This document shows, piece after piece, positions 7,833 to 14,810 of a stretch of DNA of 14,810 bases. Both the position numbers and the translations under genes were made by a program. The stretch comes from Candidatus Heimdallarchaeota archaeon (GTDB taxonomy: Archaea > Asgardarchaeota > Heimdallarchaeia > Heimdallarchaeales > Heimdallarchaeaceae): positions 1-14,810 of the forward strand of contig JAEOSZ010000134.1 of the NCBI GenBank assembly GCA_016840095.1, given 5' to 3'. Position 1 is the stretch's first letter; each line of letters begins with the position of its first letter. The notes below the pieces were generated by a model, which had not been told where the DNA came from, did not search any database, and saw only the letters and a program-made list of their open reading frames with translations.

Positions 7833-9817
7833 ATTTTTATTGACATAAGTTTCATAGAAAACTCAGATTCTTGTGTTCTTTCTGTGGTCGTTCCAACTTT
7901 CTTAATACCATTTACTCTAGAATTTATATTCAGTATATTCATCTTTCTACTAAAATCTAGTTGATCATCAACATTTCTTATTTGGTTGAGATCTTCATTT
8001 ATTTTACTTCTTTCTTTCTTAATTATGTTAGAAATTCTATCCAAACCCTTCTCTTTTGCTATTTTTTCTGCTTTATCAAGAAGTTGTTTCGATTTATCTG
8101 CATCTAATTCAAGAAGTGCTAATTTTGACTGAAGTAGCAAACTTTCTGATATTAGTAGAAATGATTGATTAGAACTAGCTAAAGATAATAAATCTAGTAC
8201 ATATCCTTTAATCTGTGCAAGGATTTCTTTATCATTTGTCTTAGATAACTGTTTAAATTTAAGTTCAGCTAGAGTTGTTAAAACTCTAATTTGTCCTTCA
8301 TAATCTAGCTTATCTTTTAGCAATCTTTCAAGAATGATTTCTGCTTTTAGCAAATCCTTATCATTATCTCTTCCTTTCAGAATTATTGCTTCACAAAAAT
8401 CATAACTCTTGTTTAAATCTTTATCATTTGATTCAGCTTTTATATATTCTAGCTCCTCAAGTTTCTCTTCTGCTTCTTCCAATTCCTCATTTTCTACTAA
8501 AATATAGATAAGATTTGCTAAAATATATCCCTTCCACATTAGACTCTCAGTCTCAGATACAATCTCATAGCTTCTTTTAGCGTACTCTAAAGCTTCTTCT
8601 TTCTTGCCCATTTGCAAAAGAACTAAACTGATATCCCGTAGAATAAAAAGTATGTGCATCTTTGATTGTCTATTTTCATGAAAAGCTAATTCCTCTTCAT
8701 AAATTTCCTTAGCCTTTTTCAGATTTCCTTTAAGTAAATAAACTCTGGCCATAGGTCCTAAGATATTCCACCAGTATTCATATTTGTTTTCAGTTAAAAA
8801 TACATAAGCCTTGTGAATATATTTTTCAGCCTCAATTAGATCTCCTTTCACTAAATGAAGATCACCAATGTTCATGTAGAGAAAAGAAAGTTCTACTTCA
8901 GCATTAATATGTTTATAGTATTCTAAACCTTTTTTCATGCTTTCAAGAGCTTTATCAGTTTCACCTATATAGCTATAGTACTGTCCCATAGAGATTTCAT
9001 GTGCAGATTCTCTTCCTTTCAAATCCAGCTTATCCCACAGTTCCTTTCTCTTCAATAAATATTCAAGCATCTTGGTTTGTTGACCTAATGCTTGATATAT
9101 CCCATAATAGTAACCATAGAAATGTGCTTTTGCAAAATCATTTCCAAATCTATCTATAAGTTCAATAGCCTTATCTACCATTTGATTTGAATCTTCAATT
9201 TTTCCTTCATTTCTAAAGAAAAGAAAAAGAGCATTATAGCAACCAAATTCAACCATTAAAGGATCATCGGATTGTTCCTTAGATTCTAAAGCTATTCTAA
9301 AATGTTCTCTAGCTTCTTCAATATAGTTTTCAGCAATTGCTGCTCCACTAAAAGAATGCATGTGTGAAAAGTAACCTGAAAACATTTGATAGATTCCTTC
9401 TTTCATTTTTGCTAATTCTGGATCACTTTTCTTGATTTCTTCGTATACATTTTTCATTTCATTAAAGATACTTTCAAGTCTTTCATTTTCTGCAGTTACA
9501 AAAATGGAGAAGAATTCTAATGATAAGTATTCAAAGCTCAATTCAAGATTGTTTAGTTTAGGAATCTCTGTAGACAAATAATCCATTTTTTCCAACCATT
9601 TATCTGCATATTCCCTATCAGGAAAGATTATTTGATAACGCCACTGAACAATCATGAAATATGTATTACATAGAAGAAGTTCAATTCTGATTCTTTCTTC
9701 ATGTGTTAGTTCTTCTTTTTCTAGCATGTCTTCTAAAATTTCAACACTTTCGAAATACTTTCCTCTGTCCATATCATCCTTGATTTGTTGCAGTTTTGAG
9801 ACAATAGAATCTGTCAA
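7829..9817 (-). CDS. Large tetratricopeptide-repeat (TPR) protein
   Basis: Repeated helical units such as MGQYYSYIGETDKALESMKKGL, IGDLHLVKGDLIEAEKYIHKA, MARVYLLKGNLKKAKEIYEEEL and ISLVLLQMGKKEEALEYAKRS. TTG start with AGGTG RBS upstream. Confidence 0.88.
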   Translation of the reverse strand: MTDSIVSKLQQIKDDMDRGKYFESVEILEDMLEKEELTHEERIRIELLLCNTYFMIVQWRYQIIFPDREYADKWLEKMDYLSTEIPKLNNLELSFEYLSLEFFSIFVTAENERLESIFNEMKNVYEEIKKSDPELAKMKEGIYQMFSGYFSHMHSFSGAAIAENYIEEAREHFRIALESKEQSDDPLMVEFGCYNALFLFFRNEGKIEDSNQMVDKAIELIDRFGNDFAKAHFYGYYYGIYQALGQQTKMLEYLLKRKELWDKLDLKGRESAHEISMGQYYSYIGETDKALESMKKGLEYYKHINAEVELSFLYMNIGDLHLVKGDLIEAEKYIHKAYVFLTENKYEYWWNILGPMARVYLLKGNLKKAKEIYEEELAFHENRQSKMHILFILRDISLVLLQMGKKEEALEYAKRSYEIVSETESLMWKGYILANLIYILVENEELEEAEEKLEELEYIKAESNDKDLNKSYDFCEAIILKGRDNDKDLLKAEIILERLLKDKLDYEGQIRVLTTLAELKFKQLSKTNDKEILAQIKGYVLDLLSLASSNQSFLLISESLLLQSKLALLELDADKSKQLLDKAEKIAKEKGLDRISNIIKKERSKINEDLNQIRNVDDQLDFSRKMNILNINSRVNGIKKVGTTTERTQESEFSMKLMSIKI

Positions 9818-9921
9818 AGATTACACCTATCTAATAAAAAATGATAGTTTTACTAGATTATAACTGTTTTTGGTAAAATGAAGGATATAGTTAAAGTGAT
9901 TAGCTCAATGATTTTGCATAC

Positions 9922-9930
9922 ATATATATA
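9922..9930 (+). promoter_or_regulatory. Putative TATA box for the flavoprotein pair
   Basis: ATATATATA ending about 22 nt before ATG 9953. Confidence 0.35.
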
Positions 9931-9952
9931 CGAAAATCAAAAAATATTGTTC

Positions 9953-10531
9953 ATGGATTATTTGATTTTGAATGGAATGCATGAAAGTGATTCCTTTATT
10001 CAAGAAATTAATGATACAATAATAGAACAACTCACTAACCAGAGTCTTCAAGGTGAATCACTAACTCTATTCGAAAAGGATATCAAACCTTGTTTAGGTT
10101 GTTTCAAATGTTGGGTTGAAACTCCGGGAATTTGTGTAATAAATGATTATGGTCATGAATCAGCTAAGAAGATGATTCAATCTGATTACATGGTTTATTT
10201 GACTCCAATTAGATATGGAGGATATTCAGTTGAATTGAAAAAAGCTCTTGATAGATCATTACCTCTTCTTTCTCCTTTCTTTAGAATTTTTCATGAAGAG
10301 ATTCATCATGAACAAAGATATGACAAATATCCTAACATGATAGTTTATGGAATTCTTGATGAACCAAATAAAGAACAAGAAGAGATTTTTACAGATTTAA
10401 CCAAAAGAAATTCTCTGAATAACTTCGCGGAAAAATATTCCTGTCAGATAATTTACAAAAATGATGACAAACAAACGATTCTTGAAAAAATCCAAAATGG
10501 TTTAGAGATTGTAGGTGATAAAAATGTCTAA
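9953..10531 (+). CDS. Iron-sulfur flavoprotein (Isf) / NADPH-dependent FMN reductase family flavodoxin-fold protein; ORF track starts at 9878
   Basis: IKPCLGCFKCWVETPGICVIND four-Cys motif and TPIRYGGYS..LKKALDR. The flavodoxin first strand (MDYLILNG) begins at ATG 9953. Confidence 0.85.
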   Translation: MDYLILNGMHESDSFIQEINDTIIEQLTNQSLQGESLTLFEKDIKPCLGCFKCWVETPGICVINDYGHESAKKMIQSDYMVYLTPIRYGGYSVELKKALDRSLPLLSPFFRIFHEEIHHEQRYDKYPNMIVYGILDEPNKEQEEIFTDLTKRNSLNNFAEKYSCQIIYKNDDKQTILEKIQNGLEIVGDKNV

Positions 10532-11249
10532 GCAAGTTACTTTTCTAATGTGTAGTCCAAGAGGAGATAATAGTGCATCTCACTCATTAGGAAGTTATGT
10601 AGCAGAGCAATTCAAAGAAAAAGAGTATCAAGTGGATCACATCCCTGTCTATAAGACTTTGAGGAAACAGGATTTAGTTGATGAGATGATAGCATCAATA
10701 GACAGAAGCGATATAATACTTCTATCAACACCATTGTATATTGACTGTGCACCTGCGAATACAATCAGAATGATGGACATTATAACTGAAACTGTTCACA
10801 CTGGAAAAATCACCAAAAAGAAGAGACTTCTGTTTGCAATTGTTTGTGCAGGATTTCTGGAATACTATCACAATTTGCTTGCTCTTAGAATCTATGAACA
10901 GTTTGCTAAAACAAACAGTTTCACTTGGGCTGGAGGTTTACCTATAGGAGCTGCTGGAAATTATACATTGTATGGAATTACAGAACTTATAGAGAAGATA
11001 GAACCACTGCCTAAAGAAGATATAAGACATAAAATCTATGCAGAGCCAGCAAGAGCTCTTGTAGAAGTTATCAAGAATTCAGTTGAATATCTATCCCAAG
11101 GAAAAGCCGTCCCTAAAAAGGAACTAGAGAAACTGGAAGTTGTTTCAATGCCTTTAGAAATGTATGTTGAAGGTGGAAACAAAAACTGGATAGATTGGGC
11201 AGAGAGAATCAACACTGCTGACAAACTGAGAGATAAACCATATGAATAG
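10524..11249 (+). CDS. Flavodoxin-fold NAD(P)H-dependent oxidoreductase without the Fe-S Cys motif; ORF track starts at 10515
   Basis: CSPRGDNSAS FMN-phosphate loop, STPLYID and CAGFLE. GGTGA RBS at 10514-10518; ATG overlaps the upstream gene end by 8 nt. Confidence 0.85.
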   Translation: MSKQVTFLMCSPRGDNSASHSLGSYVAEQFKEKEYQVDHIPVYKTLRKQDLVDEMIASIDRSDIILLSTPLYIDCAPANTIRMMDIITETVHTGKITKKKRLLFAIVCAGFLEYYHNLLALRIYEQFAKTNSFTWAGGLPIGAAGNYTLYGITELIEKIEPLPKEDIRHKIYAEPARALVEVIKNSVEYLSQGKAVPKKELEKLEVVSMPLEMYVEGGNKNWIDWAERINTADKLRDKPYE

Positions 11250-11303
11250 TTTGTTGCTCTTTATCACATAAATTTATCAATGTTTTAGTTGAGTTGATTA
11301 CCT

Positions 11304-12245
11304 ATGTCTAGTGTGAAAACAAAAGTTGATGAATCTTCAGTAAAAGAGCTTCTGAATAAAAAGTACAATTCTCCGATAACAGATTTCAAGTTCATTAAAG
11401 GAGGACAATTTTCTCAACCTTTTTCGTATAAAGTTGAGGGAAAAAACTATGTGATTCGTTTTAGACGAGACATTGAGTCATTTCAAAAAGAAGAAGCAAT
11501 TTACGATAAACTTTCTCTAGAAGATCCTTCAATACCTCTACCTAAGCTACATGAAATTGGAACATTTGAGAATTCAGAAGATAAAAATCTGTACTATTCA
11601 ATAAATGATAAGTGTGAAGGGAAAATAGGATATACTCTTCCTCTTGGTGTCATTAAAGGATTAAGAACATCTCTAATAGAATATTTATACAAGATAAATC
11701 AGATTGATATCACTGAAACAAAGAATTTTGGTGATTGGCTTAAATTTAATGAAGCATCGCATTCTTCTTGGAGAGAGTTCTTAGTTGAATATACTCAAAC
11801 AAAATTGGATTATTTGCTAAATTACTTCAAAGATAATGCTGAAGAAATAAAATATGTAGAAACACTAGGAGAGAGAATAAGAGAATTATTTGAATATTGT
11901 CCTGAAGAGAAATATCTAATTCATGGAGATTATGGACTGCATAATGTAATTGCTACAGAAGAAGGTGAAATTACAGGTATTCTAGATTGGGAACTATCGA
12001 AATTTGGAGATTTTGTTTATGATGTTTCTTGGCTAGATTATTGGGGTAAATATGACAACCAGACCTACAAAGAAAATTATCTGGAATATTATGAAACACA
12101 GAAAGGGGAAACAATAGTGAATTATTCAGAGAGAACCCTCTGCTATATTCTTTGTGTAAGTCTGCATATGGCTTGGTTTTATTGCTTATCTGGACAAATT
12201 GATGGATATTATAGTGGAAAGAAACACCTTGAACAATTTTCCTAG
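11304..12245 (+). CDS. Aminoglycoside phosphotransferase / choline kinase (APH) family small-molecule kinase
   Basis: IKGGQFS loop, YVIRF, IPLPK, Brenner motif LIHGDYGLHNVI, and GILDWELSKFGDFVYD. Confidence 0.9.
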   Translation: MSSVKTKVDESSVKELLNKKYNSPITDFKFIKGGQFSQPFSYKVEGKNYVIRFRRDIESFQKEEAIYDKLSLEDPSIPLPKLHEIGTFENSEDKNLYYSINDKCEGKIGYTLPLGVIKGLRTSLIEYLYKINQIDITETKNFGDWLKFNEASHSSWREFLVEYTQTKLDYLLNYFKDNAEEIKYVETLGERIRELFEYCPEEKYLIHGDYGLHNVIATEEGEITGILDWELSKFGDFVYDVSWLDYWGKYDNQTYKENYLEYYETQKGETIVNYSERTLCYILCVSLHMAWFYCLSGQIDGYYSGKKHLEQFS

Positions 12246-12287
12246 GATAATTTTATATTGCTGATTTGATTATTCTACCAATATTAG

Positions 12288-13007
12288 GTGGTATTATTGA
12301 CAAAAGTTACTGTAATCATTGGTAGTCCTAAAATGGAGAAAGGCAATACTAGTTTTGTTTTAGCACCATTTATTAAAGGAATGGAAGAAGCAGGTGCTTC
12401 AGTAGAATTAATTTTTGCAAAGAAATTAAAAATCCGTCCTTGCATTGGTTGCTTTAAGTGTTGGAGAGAAACAATTGGAGAATGTTTTCAACAAGATGAT
12501 ATGGAAGAACTTCTTACTAAACTTAGAGAAACTAATATCCTTGTTATTGCGACTCCTACCTATGCTCCTCTTCCTGGAGAATTGCAGAATATTCTAAATA
12601 GACTGGTTCCTCTAGTTGAACCCATACTAGAATTTAGAGAAGGGAGAACAAGAGCTAAACCTCATGATGAAGTGAAAATTACCAAAATTATTGGTTTCAT
12701 TGTTGGAGCATGGTGGGAATTAGCCAATCTAGATGCAGTCGCTAAAATTGTTGAAGAATTAACTGAACTTTTTTCATTAGAATTAACTGATGCAGTTCGT
12801 CGACCTCATGCAAGCTTACTAAGACATGAAACTAATTTGAATAAATCTATTCTTCAGAGATTGGAAAAAGCTGGTTATGAATTTATTACTGAAAGAAAAA
12901 TAGACAAGAGTGATCTCGAGTTTATCAGACAACCTCTTGCGAAACAGGAGGATTATCTGGCTCGTGGTACTCAAAATTATCTGAAGAGGAAGGCAGAACA
13001 CAAGTAG
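12288..13007 (+). CDS. Iron-sulfur flavoprotein (Isf) / flavodoxin family protein; probable start TTG 12297
   Basis: IIGSPKMEKGNT, IRPCIGCFKCWRETIGECFQQDDM and ATPTY. AGGTGG RBS precedes TTG 12297. Confidence 0.88.
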   Translation: MVLLTKVTVIIGSPKMEKGNTSFVLAPFIKGMEEAGASVELIFAKKLKIRPCIGCFKCWRETIGECFQQDDMEELLTKLRETNILVIATPTYAPLPGELQNILNRLVPLVEPILEFREGRTRAKPHDEVKITKIIGFIVGAWWELANLDAVAKIVEELTELFSLELTDAVRRPHASLLRHETNLNKSILQRLEKAGYEFITERKIDKSDLEFIRQPLAKQEDYLARGTQNYLKRKAEHK

Positions 13008-13032
13008 TAACTATCTTTGTGATAAGGTTAAG

Positions 13033-13122
13033 ATGTATGTTGAAGGTGGAAACAATAACTGGATTACTTAGGCTGAGAAAATAGAAACTGTTGATAAATT
13101 AAGAGATTAACCTTATGAATAA
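13033..13122 (+). pseudogene. Orphan remnant of the last 30 codons of a homolog of the 10524-11249 flavodoxin-fold gene
   Basis: Ungapped match to 11160-11249, 73/90 nt by hand count with the first 23 nt identical. Translates MYVEGGNNNWIT*AEKIETVDKLRD*PYE* versus MYVEGGNKNWIDWAERINTADKLRDKPYE*. Confidence 0.92.
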
Positions 13123-13216
13123 TTGACTATCTCATAGCTACTAATCCTTTAGTTTTTTCATAAATTGAGACCAACTCTTTAATATCATGAATTTATGGAG
13201 TAATAGGTTAAAACTA

Positions 13217-14122
13217 ATGAATCAGAATTACAGTGATCCCGAACGAATACCCTCTGGGATTGAAGGTTTGGATATTCTCTTAAGAGGAGGTATAATAAAA
13301 AATTCAGTCAATACATATGTAGGCTGTAGTGGATCTGGAAAAACTATTGCTGCTTTGGCTTTCCTTTATGAAGGTCTTCTCAAAGGAGATCATACATTGT
13401 TTTTATCATTTAAAGAAACTCCATCTAAAATGATAAAGGAAGCTAAATCTATAGGACTTGACATCTCAGAGCTATCAACTGATCCTGAAGATTTGATACA
13501 CTTAGTTGAAAATGAAAAAATCGTTGAATTTATGACAAATATACTTCCAGCTTTAGCACAAAAGCTGAAACACAGAAATATAAAACACACAAGAATCATA
13601 TTGGATTCTTTGGATGGTGTTCTGTGGGAATTCCCCTCAGAAAAGGAGCAGAGAAAGGTTTTAACGAAGATATATCTCCATCTAAGTTCACTTGGTACAG
13701 TAGTTCAAACAGTCGAGGAAACAGATGCTAGAATCCCTATTTATCTTTCGGATAATGTCATTCGTTTTCAAAATAAGATTCAAGGTGAACAAAAAAACCA
13801 AAGATTGTGTAGTATTCTGAAATCGAGAGGAACGAATCATATTGAAGGTGAATTTCAACTAGAACTAAAATCTGAATCTGGGATGATAATTAATGTTGAA
13901 GAAGATGAAGAATTACTCTTTGATAATAAAGAGAAATTTTACTCAGATCTCATGAAAAAAATCAAAAAATTATCGAAGAGTAAAGATCCTAAGAAAAGAG
14001 TAATTGCTCAAATAGCTAAAAATCTATTAGGCGATCGAGAAACATTGAAAGATAGAAGTAAGACTGAATTGGACATGGTAGAACTTATAACAGACAAAAG
14101 GATTTTAGAATCGGATAGTTGA
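13217..14122 (+). CDS. Single-domain KaiC/RAD55/GvpD-type RecA-superfamily ATPase with a charged C-terminal extension; ORF track starts at 13187
   Basis: RIPSGIEGLDILLRGG, Walker A GCSGSGKT, SFKET, Walker B IILDSL, TVEE, YLSDNVIRF and ILKSRGTNH. Confidence 0.9.
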   Translation: MNQNYSDPERIPSGIEGLDILLRGGIIKNSVNTYVGCSGSGKTIAALAFLYEGLLKGDHTLFLSFKETPSKMIKEAKSIGLDISELSTDPEDLIHLVENEKIVEFMTNILPALAQKLKHRNIKHTRIILDSLDGVLWEFPSEKEQRKVLTKIYLHLSSLGTVVQTVEETDARIPIYLSDNVIRFQNKIQGEQKNQRLCSILKSRGTNHIEGEFQLELKSESGMIINVEEDEELLFDNKEKFYSDLMKKIKKLSKSKDPKKRVIAQIAKNLLGDRETLKDRSKTELDMVELITDKRILESDS

Positions 14123-14152
14123 CTAAATAGGTTGCATAGCCATCACGTTCTG

Positions 14153-14198
14153 GTGGAAAGAGACATCTTGAACAATTCTCCTAGGATACGCTTATATT
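14153..14198 (+). repeat. Diverged direct repeat of the APH gene 3' end and downstream TATA-like region (copy of 12214-12259)
   Basis: gtggaaagagacatcttgaacaattctcctaggata versus gtggaaagaaacaccttgaacaattttcctaggata is 33/36 identical, then a shared ttatatt (40/46 overall). Encodes GKRHLEQFS* versus GKKHLEQFS*. Confidence 0.88.
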
Positions 14199-14251
14199 TG
14201 CGTTTCTTTGTTTAATTGTACTAGTTGACAAAACAAAAACGAGTGATTCCT

Positions 14252-14810
14252 ATGTCAAGGAGCTTCAATCAAAGATATTCTCTGAGTAATTCGCAAGTAG
14301 AACAGATTTGTTCTCAATTCTTAAACAAGTTCCAGATTATTGAGTCAGAACCTATGGTTGAAGGTCTAAGTGCATACTTATTGAAAGTTACCGTAAGAAA
14401 ACCTGAACAACTGAAATTCGTTATTCGTGTTTTTGATCAAAAAGATAAAAGATTTCTGAAAAGTGAAATAGGTATTATTAAACATGCAACAAAGAATAAT
14501 ATTTTTCCAGTACCCAAAGTTCTATTCATTGATGATACTGAAGAAATAGTACCTGAGCATTACTATTGTTATGAATATCTTGATGGTGAAACTTTAGCAA
14601 ATGGAGTAAATTCTCTTACCTATGCTCAGAAAGTCAAACTCTATACAGAGCTAGGAAGCATTATTGGTAAAATGCATCTTGAAGAGTATTCAGGTCATGG
14701 ATATTTCCTCTATAATGATGGGAAAGTTATGTTCAAAGAGTTTGAACAAAATGATAGAAAATATGGTGGTTTGTACTATGGCATGTTAGATGATTTCAAA
14801 TGGGCTATAA
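14252..14810 (+). CDS. Second APH/choline kinase family phosphotransferase, N-terminal part, runs off the window's right edge
   Basis: Not in the ORF track. Open frame from ATG 14252 (GAGTGA RBS at 14241-14246): MSRSFNQRY...EGLSAYLLKV...KFVIRVF...SEIGII...FPVPKVLFID...YEYLDGETL...ELGSIIGKMH, an APH N-lobe pattern. The catalytic HGD motif would lie beyond the window. Confidence 0.82.
   Translation, partial: MSRSFNQRYSLSNSQVEQICSQFLNKFQIIESEPMVEGLSAYLLKVTVRKPEQLKFVIRVFDQKDKRFLKSEIGIIKHATKNNIFPVPKVLFIDDTEEIVPEHYYCYEYLDGETLANGVNSLTYAQKVKLYTELGSIIGKMHLEEYSGHGYFLYNDGKVMFKEFEQNDRKYGGLYYGMLDDFKWAI

Noticed and set aside
11304-12245. Bona fide aminoglycoside resistance gene
   Set aside because: Only family-level kinase motifs are visible, so the substrate cannot be assigned from the sequence.
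13008-13032. Small hairpin TAACTATC-tttgt-GATAagGTTA resembling an integron attC (AAC...GTT)
   Set aside because: Far shorter than an attC site, imperfect RYYYAAC/GTTRRRY boxes, not repeated after other genes, and no integrase in the window.
13033-13122. Possible small peptide with stop-codon recoding (pyrrolysine or readthrough)
   Set aside because: It contains both an in-frame TAG and an in-frame TAA, and TAG is used as a normal stop in neighbouring genes. Decay is the simpler explanation.
1702-13599. Short antisense ORFs in the track (1702-1908, 2210-2404, 4382-4756, 5560-5790, 7088-7369, 9654-9863, 11036-11224, 12819-13001, 13390-13599)
   Set aside because: Each lies wholly or mostly opposite a well-supported gene and has no recognisable motif, so they are treated as shadow ORFs.
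13217-14122. Circadian clock gene kaiC
   Set aside because: Single domain, no kaiA or kaiB nearby, and no tandem ST phosphosite (YLSD). It fits the broad archaeal KaiC/RAD55-like family.
13123-14125. 7-bp direct repeat TTGACTA (13123-13129 and 14119-14125) flanking the KaiC-like gene as a possible target-site duplication
   Set aside because: Too short to distinguish from chance in AT-rich DNA, and there are no terminal inverted repeats or transposase.
1-14810. CRISPR array, tRNA, rRNA, IS element or diversity-generating retroelement TR/VR pair
   Set aside because: No regularly spaced repeats, GC-rich structured RNA, transposase or reverse transcriptase. Differences between the repeats are not restricted to adenines, so they are not DGR-like.

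Overview
AT-rich prokaryotic window, most likely from an archaeon of Asgard (Heimdall-/Lokiarchaeia-like) character. That assignment is inference from TATA-like boxes, GGTG(A) ribosome-binding motifs, TTG starts, a large TPR gene, a RAD55/KaiC-type ATPase, Isf flavoproteins and a WNALNDP-type GPH transporter; no marker gene is present. Content: start of a complex I-like nuoJ-nuoK unit (-); a six-transmembrane glycerophosphodiester phosphodiesterase followed by a GPH/MelB-family MFS transporter (+); an HD protein and a PAS histidine kinase (-); a QueG/reductive-dehalogenase-like Fe-S protein (+); a TPR protein (-); then a + strand run of three flavodoxin-fold genes, two APH/choline-kinase-family genes and a single-domain KaiC/RAD55 ATPase. 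Two things stand out. (1) The phosphodiesterase has the 5TM-ectodomain-1TM architecture and insert motifs of animal GDE2/GDE3/GDE6 GPI-anchor/lysolipid-cleaving enzymes. (2) The KaiC-like gene is bracketed by two orphan, diverged copies of the 3' tails of two upstream genes, in interleaved A-B-A'-B' order, which suggests gene swapping or duplication at gene ends. No rRNA, tRNA, CRISPR array, transposase or integrase was seen.
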